A stretch of DNA of 49,603 bases from IMG/VR virus record IMGVR_UViG_3300047409_000319, positions 1-49,603 of that record, one strand, 5' to 3'. The notes beneath the pieces were generated by a model. It was not told where the DNA came from, made no database searches, and worked only from the letters and a program-made list of their open reading frames with translations. This document shows, in pieces, positions 37,618-46,395 of this stretch (positions are counted from its first letter, which is position 1; the number at the start of each line of letters is the position of its first letter). The DNA is from a virus (Duplodnaviria > Caudoviricetes). The translations under genes and the position numbers were made by a program.

Positions 37618-39646
37618 ACGCAAGTCTTCCCCGGATCAGGTGCCGCTGGCATTCATGGTGCCGGAAAGCAATTGGTTGCCGCCTACCGAGTTGCCTGATT
37701 TGGTGGCAATGGGGGTCAAGCGTATAGCACTGGACACGGAGGAACGTGATGACGGACTCGCGAGTAATCGAGGCCCAGGATGGGCTACGAGTTCTGGATA
37801 TATTTGTGGAGTATCAGTCGCATGGCACGGAGGATCAGATATACAGTCTATCTATGTCCCCACCCAACATCCTGACAGTGCCTGTTTTGATACGAATGCA
37901 TTGGCCAAGTGGATTAGAGACATTGTACTGGCAGGAACCGAAATCATTTGCCAAAACGGCTCCTTCGACTGGGGATGGTTGGGAACGGAGTGGGCCATAG
38001 CACCACCCGCTGAGGGTAAGGTGCATGACACCCAAGCTGCCGCCGTGATGCTGGACGAAAACCGGCTGAGTTACGGTCTGGGGTCGCTGTGCGGCTGGCA
38101 GGGCATACCGGGCAAAGACAAATCCATGCTGATGGAGGCGGGGCGTGCCCTTGGGGTTGGTCAGACAGATCGGGAGGTGATGAGCAACCTGTGGCGTTTA
38201 CCGGCTAAATACGTGGGGCCATACGCCGAGGCTGATGCCGAGGCTACCCTGCGGCTGTGGGACCAGATGGAACCACAGCTACACGCACAGGACCTGTGGG
38301 GAGCTTACCGGCTGGAATGTGACCTTATCCCAATGATCGTGGCCATGCGCCGCAAAGGGATTAGAATAAATACAGCGTACGTTGAACAACAGATAGTAGA
38401 GTTTAACCATAAGCGTGATGCAGCACTGGTGGAACTGGGGCGGCACCTAACCATAGGGCGGGCGGTAGATATAAAGGATGTAAACTCGCCCATATTCCTG
38501 GAAAAGGTATTTACTTCCGAAGGGATTAAGTTTCCGCGCACCAAGGGTACTGAGACTAGGCCACAGGGCACACCTAGCTTTCAATCGGAATGGATGGAAA
38601 AATCAGACCACTGGTTACCGCAAGGGGTAGTTAATGCCAACAAATACCACGACGCTGCCGATAAGTTCCTTCAGGGGTTTATCCTCGACTATTGTCACCG
38701 TGGTCGCCTACACGCCGACATTCACCATCTTAGAAGTGACGACGAAGAACGGGGTTTCCGTGGAGGTACACGATCCCACAGATTCTCTTATAGTGACCCT
38801 CCCCTTCAACAAATGCCGTCACCTAAACGGGACAAGGAAATAGGGTTGGCAGTGCGGCGGGCGTTTTTGCCGGAAGAAGGGGAGCAGTGGTACAAGTTAG
38901 ACTTCGACCAGAACGAGTATAGACTGCTCGTCCATTTCGCTTCACTCATGGGGTTGCCCAAGGCTGAAGAGGCAGCGAAGGCTTACCGGGAGAACCCGGA
39001 AACGTCGTTCCATCAACTGGTGGTGGACTGGACCGGGTTGCCTAAGCCACGGGCTAAGGACTGCAACTTCGCCAAAGCCTACGGGGCAGGGAGGCCGCAA
39101 TTTTCACGGATGGTGGGCTTGCCGCAAGACGAATCGGATAAGATATATGACCTCTATGATGAGGAGTTACCCTTTGTCTCAAGATTATACCAGGAGTGTG
39201 GCAAGACTGCTACTCGCCGGGGCTATATTAGGCTTGTTGACGGAGCGCGGGCTAGATTTGATCTTTGGGAACCTGGATGGGGGTACAAGGGCAAATACTT
39301 CCCCCCATGCTCACGGGCTGAAGGGGACGCAAGGGTATCGTCCACCGATCACGAATGGAGCGGGCAAACGTTACGACGAGCTTATACCCATAAAGCTATG
39401 AACAGGCTTATTCAAGGGTCAGCAGCACGGCAAATCAAACTGTCAGCAAGGGCAGCATGGCGGGCGGGTATTATTCCATTACTACAGTTGCATGATGAAT
39501 GGGACCTGTCCGCTGCTGGAGATGGCACAGCTATACAGGTAAGGGAAATGATGGAGGAAGCGGTTAAGCTGGCTGTGCCTGTAACGGCAGGGTGTGATGT
39601 TGGGCCAAGCTGGGGTGAAGCAGATACAGAGTTGAAACGTGCTTGA
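37604..39646 (+). CDS. Family A DNA polymerase with 3'-5' exonuclease
   Basis: ExoI DTE, ExoII N..FD, ExoIII YA..D; motif A DFDQNEYR, motif B R..AK..NF...YG (Phe at 762-equivalent), motif C HDE. Confidence 0.95.
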   Translation: MMKTKRKSSPDQVPLAFMVPESNWLPPTELPDLVAMGVKRIALDTEERDDGLASNRGPGWATSSGYICGVSVAWHGGSDIQSIYVPTQHPDSACFDTNALAKWIRDIVLAGTEIICQNGSFDWGWLGTEWAIAPPAEGKVHDTQAAAVMLDENRLSYGLGSLCGWQGIPGKDKSMLMEAGRALGVGQTDREVMSNLWRLPAKYVGPYAEADAEATLRLWDQMEPQLHAQDLWGAYRLECDLIPMIVAMRRKGIRINTAYVEQQIVEFNHKRDAALVELGRHLTIGRAVDIKDVNSPIFLEKVFTSEGIKFPRTKGTETRPQGTPSFQSEWMEKSDHWLPQGVVNANKYHDAADKFLQGFILDYCHRGRLHADIHHLRSDDEERGFRGGTRSHRFSYSDPPLQQMPSPKRDKEIGLAVRRAFLPEEGEQWYKLDFDQNEYRLLVHFASLMGLPKAEEAAKAYRENPETSFHQLVVDWTGLPKPRAKDCNFAKAYGAGRPQFSRMVGLPQDESDKIYDLYDEELPFVSRLYQECGKTATRRGYIRLVDGARARFDLWEPGWGYKGKYFPPCSRAEGDARVSSTDHEWSGQTLRRAYTHKAMNRLIQGSAARQIKLSARAAWRAGIIPLLQLHDEWDLSAAGDGTAIQVREMMEEAVKLAVPVTAGCDVGPSWGEADTELKRA

Positions 39647-40076
39647 AGAAGATAAAATGGTGAATCGTGTTTTAATTTACTCAGAGAAAAATCATATTAA
39701 ACGATTATTAGAAAAGCATCATATAACTAAACCTACATTGGCTGATAAGCTACGGGTGTTAGAATTAGATGCACCAGATAGACTTTTATCCTATTACATA
39801 CTAAGGAAAATATTTTATAGACTTACCCCAACTGTTCCTGACCATGTATTTTCACACTTAGACCAGAGAGATCGCCAGCAGATTGTAGCTATACGTAGGG
39901 ATAAGATGATAGTAGACAGCCCGATGTACCGTACTGGTTTGACAATTGCTGACTTACATTTTGTCTACGGAATATCCAGGAAACAAATAGAAGCTGAAGT
40001 CCAGGCTGGTGGGCTAGTATTGTCAGACCTGACCCCTATAATACACGTTGAACTTAACCAAGAGGAATTACCATGA
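39639..40076 (+). CDS. Hypothetical protein (divergent 'Y..G.T' domain at C-terminus)
   Basis: Overlaps pol stop; 'YRTGLTIADL...GI...I....AG.L'. Confidence 0.55.
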   Translation: MLEEDKMVNRVLIYSEKNHIKRLLEKHHITKPTLADKLRVLELDAPDRLLSYYILRKIFYRLTPTVPDHVFSHLDQRDRQQIVAIRRDKMIVDSPMYRTGLTIADLHFVYGISRKQIEAEVQAGGLVLSDLTPIIHVELNQEELP

Positions 40077-40182
40077 AAATCGCACTTACCTTGGCAAGGG
40101 CGGCGGGAACGGCATCGGGAACGAGGGCAATGGCAAGGGGCCGAAGGGTGGCGAGTCCCATCACGACCACCTGAGCCACTAA

Positions 40183-40353
40183 ATGAATGTTATGACCAAA
40201 GACGAATATCTGAACAAGTATCGTCTTGAAACGATAAGAATGAACATTGACTCCGCTGACCGTAGGGGGCGGCAGCGGAGTATAGCTATGCTGCTGACTA
40301 TTATCATAGCAGCAATTACTATCGCTTTGTTCTTTTCAATGGTGATATCATGA
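40183..40353 (+). CDS. Small membrane protein (56 aa, below ORF-track cut-off)
   Basis: MNVMTKDEYLNKYR...AMLLTIIIAAITIALFFSMVIS; stop overlaps next ATG (ATGA). Confidence 0.55.
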   Translation: MNVMTKDEYLNKYRLETIRMNIDSADRRGRQRSIAMLLTIIIAAITIALFFSMVIS

Positions 40354-40703
40354 CTACCCGCCCGCCGTCTGACCCCGATTACTGGTACGACCCTGACGAC
40401 AAGGCTGCCGAAACCTGCGAACAGCGCAACATGCGTATGGGCTGGGGCTGCAAATGCCACGGCATGACGTTCTGCGCAGACCTTGTGTGCATCGGGCTGG
40501 AGGACGACGTGCCAATCTTCGTTCGTCGCGACAGCGAAGAAGCCCACATCGCCGAACTAGAAGGCGAGATCACTTGGTGGTCACGAAGATTGACGACAGC
40601 ATACGCCCGCATCGCCGAGCTTGAAGCCGAGCGGGACAGGCTCAAGGCCGACGCCGACTACTGGATGAAGAAGGCGACAAGGAATATAACAAGTGCCAGC
40701 TAA
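40350..40703 (+). CDS. Hypothetical coiled-coil protein
   Basis: 'ARIAELEAERDRLK' motif common in small phage proteins. Confidence 0.55.
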   Translation: MTTRPPSDPDYWYDPDDKAAETCEQRNMRMGWGCKCHGMTFCADLVCIGLEDDVPIFVRRDSEEAHIAELEGEITWWSRRLTTAYARIAELEAERDRLKADADYWMKKATRNITSAS

Positions 40704-41133
40704 AAATCAACAGATGATAAAGTGGACGGCTGAGCGGGATGCTCACCTCAAGTTACTGATGGATGGTGGGGTAAGTATGCCCCAAGCCGCCAAGATACTT
40801 GAAACGACACGTAATGCGATTATAGGGCGATTACATAGACTGAAGATTCGGTCCAGCTTTGTTCATGCTATCCCAAACCATGCCAACAGAAAATCTAGGA
40901 TTAAGAAACCTGGGACTGTGACCGTGCCGGTGCCAGTACCCACTAGCGTGGATAGCCTGTGGGTCAACCTACTTGATTTAGATGCCGACGGATGCAAGTG
41001 GATTAAGGGTGACAAGCCGTTTTTCTACTGTGGCGTGCCGCGTGAAGGCCATAGGGATTACTGCCCGTACCATTGCACCATCGCCTTCCGGCCTGACACA
41101 CGCCCGTTCAAGGCTAGATCGTTGAGATATTGA
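40693..41133 (+). CDS. gcrA: GcrA-like cell-cycle transcription regulator
   Basis: 'WT.ER...LK.L...G.S..Q.A..L.TTRNAIIG..HRL' HTH; C-terminal 'LLDL....CKW..GD..FYCG......YC.YH..IAF'. Confidence 0.9.
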   Translation: MPAKNQQMIKWTAERDAHLKLLMDGGVSMPQAAKILETTRNAIIGRLHRLKIRSSFVHAIPNHANRKSRIKKPGTVTVPVPVPTSVDSLWVNLLDLDADGCKWIKGDKPFFYCGVPREGHRDYCPYHCTIAFRPDTRPFKARSLRY

Positions 41134-41143
41134 CATTTCCCCC

Positions 41144-41179
41144 TTTACATATGATCAAAGGCCGTATATATTGATCATA
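41144..41179 (+). promoter_or_regulatory. sigma70 promoter with overlapping inverted repeat
   Basis: TTTACA-N17-TATATT; TATGATCAA...TTGATCATA dyad. Confidence 0.75.
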
Positions 41180-41195
41180 GCAAATGGAGGGCAAC

Positions 41196-41426
41196 ATGGC
41201 CAAGCGTTATAAAGCACCGTTCGATGTGATGTTGCAGTTCGAGGACCGGGAGAAATGGGCGCAGGCCGCGCGGCTGCTGCAACATCATGGATTCCCTGCC
41301 CGTAGGTTCGAAATGGACCACCACGGTGAGGTACGTGTTAATCTCCCGGCTGGCCGCACTGTGTCCGAAGTTAAGTATATCACGGGTATGGTCTATGCCT
41401 ATGATAGAAATTACAAAGAAATTTGA
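41196..41426 (+). CDS. Small early hypothetical protein
   Basis: GGAGG RBS and own promoter. Confidence 0.65.
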   Translation: MAKRYKAPFDVMLQFEDREKWAQAARLLQHHGFPARRFEMDHHGEVRVNLPAGRTVSEVKYITGMVYAYDRNYKEI

Positions 41427-41434
41427 ACAAAGGG

Positions 41435-41469
41435 GTTACATAGTTCAAAGAACCGTGTATGAATGAACT
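41435..41469 (+). promoter_or_regulatory. sigma70-like promoter with dyad
   Basis: GTTACA-N17-TATGAA; AGTTCA...TGAACT dyad. Confidence 0.6.
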
Positions 41470-41487
41470 TACCAACAGGAGGGACCA

Positions 41488-41718
41488 ATGAGCACGGTGA
41501 ACAAAGCTAAGGTGTGGGCCAACCTTAAGGTTAAACCGGCCCTTAGACTTTTGGACCAGTTAGATTTTCGCCGGGTTAAGCCGTTCTATGATTATGAAAA
41601 CGTAGAAGGTGGCTACCGGAAAGTTGGATTCTACGTACCCAAAGGGGTAACTGTGCAGGAAGCCCTTGTGCTGATGGCCAAGCTGGCACCCGAAGGCACG
41701 GAGATATTCGCGTCATGA
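41488..41718 (+). CDS. Small early hypothetical protein
   Basis: AGGAGG RBS. Confidence 0.65.
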   Translation: MSTVNKAKVWANLKVKPALRLLDQLDFRRVKPFYDYENVEGGYRKVGFYVPKGVTVQEALVLMAKLAPEGTEIFAS

Positions 41719-41918
41719 GCACCTTTCCCATATACGAAACTCACCCGGCACTGGCGAACCTGCTTATCCACTATGCCGATGGGGGAGAAACAGATGAATT
41801 CGAACGAGCTGAACTGATGCAGCAGGGCTTGGTCCGCCCTGACGGCACGCTAACCGGGATAGCCAAGCTTATCTTGACTGAAGCGCCGAAGGAGGGACCA
41901 AATGAAATTCACACCTGA
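41715..41918 (+). CDS. Hypothetical protein
   Basis: ATGA coupling, GGAG RBS. Confidence 0.55.
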   Translation: MSTFPIYETHPALANLLIHYADGGETDEFERAELMQQGLVRPDGTLTGIAKLILTEAPKEGPNEIHT

Positions 41919-42126
41919 ACAACTGGCAAACTATTTCGACTATTTTGATACGCTCAGGGATAGTGAAATCACCAATATGTTTATGGCTCCGGCATATCTG
42001 GTAAGAGAATATTCAATTAAACGTGAAATTGCCAAACAAGCATTCATGCTTTGGGCAAATACCTATGATAATATGAAGACATTAGGTGACCGGGTGAATG
42101 CTGCCATGGAAAATCAAGATGTATAG
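41902..42126 (+). CDS. Conserved small phage protein
   Basis: 'Y.D.LRDS.ITNMF.A..YL..E' motif; AGGAGG RBS. Confidence 0.65.
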   Translation: MKFTPEQLANYFDYFDTLRDSEITNMFMAPAYLVREYSIKREIAKQAFMLWANTYDNMKTLGDRVNAAMENQDV

Positions 42127-42517
42127 AAATGATGATCCACCTGTAGAAAACAGTGAGGCTGAAGCTTTTTTCGATGAAATGTTTGACCAGTTTGAAGAGG
42201 CTGGGATACCTGTAACTGATAAAATAAACAAACTGGCTGATTGGATTTGGGACCAAGTCGGCAAGGCTTACGGAGAAGGCTATGTTCAGGGGGCATCTGA
42301 CGAAGGATTAGCTGGGATGAACAAGCAAGTGTTGCCGCCGTCACTGTCAGTAGTTCCGAATATATCGATACGAAATCAAACCTTGGAACAACTGACCGCT
42401 GAACGTGATTACTGGCAAGGCAAGGTAGATAAAGCAACTGGATGGGGTGCTGCGGTGGGTGCAGCTAACGAGTTTCTACTGGAATGTGAAAGGGAAATAC
42501 GAAGGAGGAAGTCATGA
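42119..42517 (+). CDS. Hypothetical protein
   Basis: In-operon ORF. Confidence 0.55.
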   Translation: MYRNDDPPVENSEAEAFFDEMFDQFEEAGIPVTDKINKLADWIWDQVGKAYGEGYVQGASDEGLAGMNKQVLPPSLSVVPNISIRNQTLEQLTAERDYWQGKVDKATGWGAAVGAANEFLLECEREIRRRKS

Positions 42518-42852
42518 ATCACTTATCCAACCTACTGGGGACCGCTGTGGTGTTAGGGACAGCCGCATGGGTGCTGTCCGATGCTCATGCAGCGTCCTTG
42601 CTCCAGCATGTGCCACCCGCTGACTTTCGGCCCACGGGACCAATACCTCCGGTCATTGTTAAGCTTATCCCCGAGGCAGATTTGCCTTCCACATGCAACC
42701 TTACGCCTGAACGGCTGGTGGGGTGCAGCGTACTGTACAAGGGGGTCAAGTGCCTGATATATGTGGGGAAGGAAGAGAAGAAAGAATTAATGTATGCCGT
42801 GATCGACCATGAGGTCGCGCATTGCGCGGGCTGGGTCCATGTAGATGATTAA
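42514..42852 (+). CDS. Secreted protein with HExxH metallopeptidase-like motif
   Basis: Signal peptide (…AHA); 'DHEVAHC..W.H'. Confidence 0.6.
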   Translation: MNHLSNLLGTAVVLGTAAWVLSDAHAASLLQHVPPADFRPTGPIPPVIVKLIPEADLPSTCNLTPERLVGCSVLYKGVKCLIYVGKEEKKELMYAVIDHEVAHCAGWVHVDD

Positions 42853-43017
42853 ATAACCATGACGATCAGGTTATGTAAATGAGATCAATTAATTTGCAAG
42901 CCGTGTTGCACGGCGAGATAGATTCAAGGCGAGTGTTTTGGGCCAAGGCAATGTGGAGGATTTACAAGAGCCGCCGATGCCGCAGGGCTATCGACACGAG
43001 AACCATGAGATTGCAAG

Positions 43018-43078
43018 GGGACTCCAAAAGGACCGATTAGATTATCCGGAGGGACTCCAAAAGGACCGATTAGATTAT
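43018..43078. repeat. Perfect 28-bp direct repeat x2
   Basis: GGGACTCCAAAAGGACCGATTAGATTAT at 43018-43045 and 43051-43078. Confidence 0.95.
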
Positions 43079-43500
43079 GAAACCAGAGCCAGCCGTACCC
43101 GTTCCCAGTTCCAATTCCGTGGCCCCCCTGTTAGCTTCAGAACTGGAGTTGCAGCTTGAAGCCCTCCGGAATTCAGGGTTAGAACGTCCGCGCCTCGGTG
43201 TAGCCATAGCTCATCAACCGGATCCCCTTTTCGAATGCCTCCGCCATGAGCTCGCCTTGTTAGAATCCATACTCTTCCGCCTGCCCTAGTGCGGCGGTCA
43301 ATCCAACCCGGCTGACCGGGTCGGAAAGGCACGGCATAGGTTTCCGTCTTCTTGAATTCTACCCAGCCTTCAACGCTTGCTATGCAAAAGTTGACATCGG
43401 GCACGCCGGGGCCGACAGCGCCTAATTCTATACGCTGAAAATCTCCGGCCGCACCCAAATGCGACCGGAGAAGCTGCCATAGCCCGCCGTCGGTACTTAT
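43075..43500 (-). CDS. VRR-NUC / Holliday-junction-resolvase-like PD-(D/E)xK nuclease
   Basis: 'RIE....PGVPD......EGWVEFK', 'RP.Q..W..RR..AGG'; start is either TTG 43458 or ATA 43500. Confidence 0.75.
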   Translation of the reverse strand: MSTDGGLWQLLRSHLGAAGDFQRIELGAVGPGVPDVNFCIASVEGWVEFKKTETYAVPFRPGQPGWIDRRTRAGGRVWILTRRAHGGGIRKGDPVDELWLHRGADVLTLNSGGLQAATPVLKLTGGPRNWNWERVRLALVS

Positions 43501-43548
43501 CTGCTTACCCTTTAGGGGTTAGGGGGCATTTGCGCCTCCTGCCTTGGG

Positions 43549-43755
43549 TTAACCGTTATACGGCTGGGCATATGCCCAGGAAAAATTTTCACCTACCCTA
43601 TCCTGGGCAATGTGGGCAGTTTGCCCCGCACGTACAACTTGCCACAAATGACCATTATCATGCGAATAGCACGGTTCATTGTACACAACCCCCACTTTAT
43701 ACCCGCCTTGGCTGTGCAGCTTTTTAGCTGCAACAAAGTACTTTAGCTTTGCCAT
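43549..43755 (-). CDS. Small early hypothetical protein
   Basis: AGGAG RBS before ATG 43755; upstream TTGCCT-N17-TATGAT promoter. Confidence 0.6.
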   Translation of the reverse strand: MAKLKYFVAAKKLHSQGGYKVGVVYNEPCYSHDNGHLWQVVRAGQTAHIAQDRVGENFSWAYAQPYNG

Positions 43756-43783
43756 GTGTTTCTCCTGTTTGCATTGCCCCTTT

Positions 43784-43906
43784 ATCATATACGCCTTAAT
43801 CATAAAAGGCAAGCGCAAAGGTTGAAATATCTTTTTGATATTTGTCAATCTTTAGCATTAAATACTCAAAATAGTTGTTGCGTTTTTGATTGGGCACGCC
43901 TAGATT
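43784..43906. promoter_or_regulatory. Divergent sigma70-like promoter pair
   Basis: Minus strand TTGCCT-N17-TATGAT; plus strand TTGCGT-N17-TAGATT; AT-rich spacer between them. Confidence 0.6.
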
Positions 43907-43949
43907 GAATACAGCAACCGGGGCACGGCCCCACATCAGGAGGACTAAA

Positions 43950-44453
43950 ATGGCCTACAATCTTGACAAGCCCATCGCCGACTACAGCATTAGCCAGCTT
44001 GTTACCGTGTACAACGATATTGCCCGGTACAATGGTACCCCGCTGCGTAGCAGCACATTTAGGGATAAGGCAACCGCAATCAAGGCGGTGGAAAATGCAC
44101 TGGTCCAGGCTAACGCAACGCCGGAAGTGGAAGAAGAAACAGTGCCGGATGCGCGTGAACAGCATACCCTGAAGGACCAGTTGCAGGAATCCCTGGCGGA
44201 AACCGAAACCGAGGCGGCTCCGGTTGCCACTGGTAAGCGGCGTGGGCGGAAAACCAGCATCACGGGTAACGAAGTAATCGTGCCACTGTTTACCAAGTAC
44301 CCTCTCCCGGCTGGTGGCAAGCCCGCTGCCCGTTGGGCCAACTACACCGACGGCATGACCATCGACCAGTTTGGGGTTGCCCTGCGCGACCGCAAGCAAG
44401 CAATCGCCGATGTGCGGTGGTATGTACGCAAGGGACACGTCAAGCTGGCATAG
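43950..44453 (+). CDS. Putative DNA-binding protein, paralog of 31470..31808
   Basis: AGGAGG RBS; acidic linker, 'KRRGRK', 'ARWANYTDGMT...DVRW..RKGHVKL'. Confidence 0.7.
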   Translation: MAYNLDKPIADYSISQLVTVYNDIARYNGTPLRSSTFRDKATAIKAVENALVQANATPEVEEETVPDAREQHTLKDQLQESLAETETEAAPVATGKRRGRKTSITGNEVIVPLFTKYPLPAGGKPAARWANYTDGMTIDQFGVALRDRKQAIADVRWYVRKGHVKLA

Positions 44454-44463
44454 TCCTGTGTGC

Positions 44464-44489
44464 AAGGGGGTGGCGGTCCGCCCCCTTTT
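44464..44489 (+). terminator. Intrinsic terminator
   Basis: GGGGGTGG-CGGT-CCGCCCCC-TTTT. Confidence 0.7.
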
Positions 44490-44513
44490 CACAGCATTAA
44501 GCTGTCAAAGGAG

Positions 44514-44882
44514 ATGAACATGGAGAATGACGAATATACGGAAACCAGCCGTAGGGCCACGACCATGGAGATTGTCAGGGTCAGTGAACAGCTCAAGCAA
44601 GTCCTGGTCGATACGGGAGATGTGGACAAGCTGGGTCGCCCAATCAAGAAGTATCTGGATGGCTGGTCAGATGACCGCATTGCCGATGAGATTGGTAATG
44701 CGTTTCCACGGTCCAGTGTCCGGCGTATCCGGCAGCAAGTGTACGGTAAAATCAGAGGGGCGGTGAAGCCAGAAAAGGAAGAAATCCTGCCGCCCATTCA
44801 GCAGATAAACCGCAAGCTGGCCAAGCTTCAAAGCCAGATTGAGTACCTTGCGGGCCAGCTTGGGGTTAAGTTCCCCATGTAG
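44514..44882 (+). CDS. Hypothetical HTH-like protein
   Basis: 'Y.DGWSD.RIA.E.......V.RIR.Q.YG'; AAGGAG RBS. Confidence 0.6.
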   Translation: MNMENDEYTETSRRATTMEIVRVSEQLKQVLVDTGDVDKLGRPIKKYLDGWSDDRIADEIGNAFPRSSVRRIRQQVYGKIRGAVKPEKEEILPPIQQINRKLAKLQSQIEYLAGQLGVKFPM

Positions 44883-44915
44883 GTGATAAAATGTGGAGGG
44901 GTTGAAAAATACCCC

Positions 44916-44944
44916 TTTACATTCCCATTCAACCCGTGTAGGAA
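44916..44944 (+). promoter_or_regulatory. sigma70-like promoter
   Basis: TTTACA-N17-TAGGAA. Confidence 0.6.
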
Positions 44945-44984
44945 TCGCGTTACCGGATAACCGGCCACAACATGGAGATGACAA

Positions 44985-45929
44985 ATGGCACACGAAGTAG
45001 AGACAATGGCCTTCGCCCACGAAACCCCTTGGCACGGCTTGGGTGTCAACGTTGACGCCGACCTGCCGGTGGACAACTGGCTTCACATGGCTGGCCTGGA
45101 CTGGGAAGTTGAGTTTAGGCCGATGCAGACCACACTGGCCGATGGCACAGTGGTGGAGGTACCATCGCACAGGGCGCTCGTCCGCAAGACGGACAACCGG
45201 TTGCTGACGGTTACGGGAGACCGTTGGGTGCCGTCGCAGAACAAGGACAGCTTTGAGTTTTTCAAGATGTTCACCGAGGCGGGTGGTGCCAAGATGGAAA
45301 CCGCCGGTTCGCTCAAGGGTGGTCAGATTGTGTGGGGGCTGGCTTCGCTTAACGACAAGTTTACCGTGGCAGGCAAGACTGATACGGTGAAAGGGTTCCT
45401 GTTGTTGGTTAGCCCACATCAGGCTGGTCGGGCCATTATCACCAAGGTCACCGGGGTGCGGGTGGTGTGCGCGAATACGTTGGCAATGGCTACGGCTGGC
45501 ACGGGTGCCATCGAACGGCGGTTTTCGCATGTCAAGGCATTTGACCCACAGGTTGCCGCCGATGCCATGGGCTTGATCCGGGAGGAGTTCTCGGCATTTG
45601 GCAAGCTGGCCAATCAACTGGCTGGGTTGCGGCTCTCTCAGGCCGAAGTGCTTGGGGTGCTGGGACCGGTCTACGACGCCGCCAGACACGCCGAGCTGGG
45701 TGGGGCATATACCCCTAGCCGTAATGTGGAGCGCGTGCTGGCGGCCTACCAGGACGCGCCTGGGGCCACTCCTGGCACAGGGTGGGGGTTGCTTAATGCC
45801 GTAACGTACGACGCCGACCACGGAACACAAGCCTCTAACGCGGATCAGCGGTTGACAAGTGCATGGTTGGGTGCATACGCTGGGGTCAAGGCCAAGGTGC
45901 TGGATAAGCTGACCGAGATGGTTGACTAA
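44985..45929 (+). CDS. DUF932-family protein
   Basis: 'MAH.VETM.....PWHGLG', 'AGLDW.V', 'ETAGSL.GG..VW', 'RVVCANTL', 'T.WG..NAVT...DH'. Confidence 0.9.
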   Translation: MAHEVETMAFAHETPWHGLGVNVDADLPVDNWLHMAGLDWEVEFRPMQTTLADGTVVEVPSHRALVRKTDNRLLTVTGDRWVPSQNKDSFEFFKMFTEAGGAKMETAGSLKGGQIVWGLASLNDKFTVAGKTDTVKGFLLLVSPHQAGRAIITKVTGVRVVCANTLAMATAGTGAIERRFSHVKAFDPQVAADAMGLIREEFSAFGKLANQLAGLRLSQAEVLGVLGPVYDAARHAELGGAYTPSRNVERVLAAYQDAPGATPGTGWGLLNAVTYDADHGTQASNADQRLTSAWLGAYAGVKAKVLDKLTEMVD

Positions 45930-45946
45930 CGTTGGGGTGTTGACTG

Positions 45947-45976
45947 GCGGGGCTTCGGTGAGGCCCCGCACTTTTT
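45947..45976 (+). terminator. Intrinsic terminator
   Basis: GCGGGGCTT-CGGTG-AGGCCCCGC-ACTTTTT. Confidence 0.7.
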
Positions 45977-45987
45977 AGGAGGGGAAA

Positions 45988-46257
45988 ATGAACCTACGTA
46001 AATGGAGATATAAGTACAAGGCGCGTAGTGATATGGCCAAGATCCACGCGGTTTATATACTAGACCAATATGGTCATGTGGATAGGAATGTTAAGGTTGT
46101 AGATATAAATACTATCTTACGCTTGAGACATGAGCAACCTAAAACAGCAAGGCCAGAATATATCACGCATGATGTAAATTCACTGCTGGTTTACCCGTCA
46201 CCTGATCAAAATTACAGGGTACGTATAGTGTATCAACCACATGATAAGGTGGTGTAG
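45988..46257 (+). CDS. Hypothetical protein resembling a fragment of the adaptor fold
   Basis: AGGAGG RBS; 'RPEY......LLVYPSPDQNY...I.Y'. Confidence 0.5.
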   Translation: MNLRKWRYKYKARSDMAKIHAVYILDQYGHVDRNVKVVDINTILRLRHEQPKTARPEYITHDVNSLLVYPSPDQNYRVRIVYQPHDKVV

Positions 46258-46395
46258 TATAAGCGAAATCCACTGTGGGGGGCTTTACAGGGTACAGGAG
46301 GGGTGGATAATGCAGGGTGGTGCAAATGGTCTGTAATGAGCATTTGCGCCGCACTACTGCCCTCCAAGGCCGCGTTTTTGGCCAGGTGGGGCAAA

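Noticed and set aside
40073-40182. Gly-rich short reading frames between CDSs
   Set aside because: Two overlapping frames under 45 aa; cannot tell which, if either, is real
43018-43078. 28-bp repeat as a mini-CRISPR array
   Set aside because: Only two copies with a 5-bp spacer, no dyad, no cas genes
43866-44492. 208-aa minus-strand ORF
   Set aside because: Antisense to a plus-strand gene that has a promoter, RBS and terminator
44667-45971. 434-aa minus-strand ORF
   Set aside because: Antisense shadow of the GC-rich DUF932 gene; no motifs or RBS
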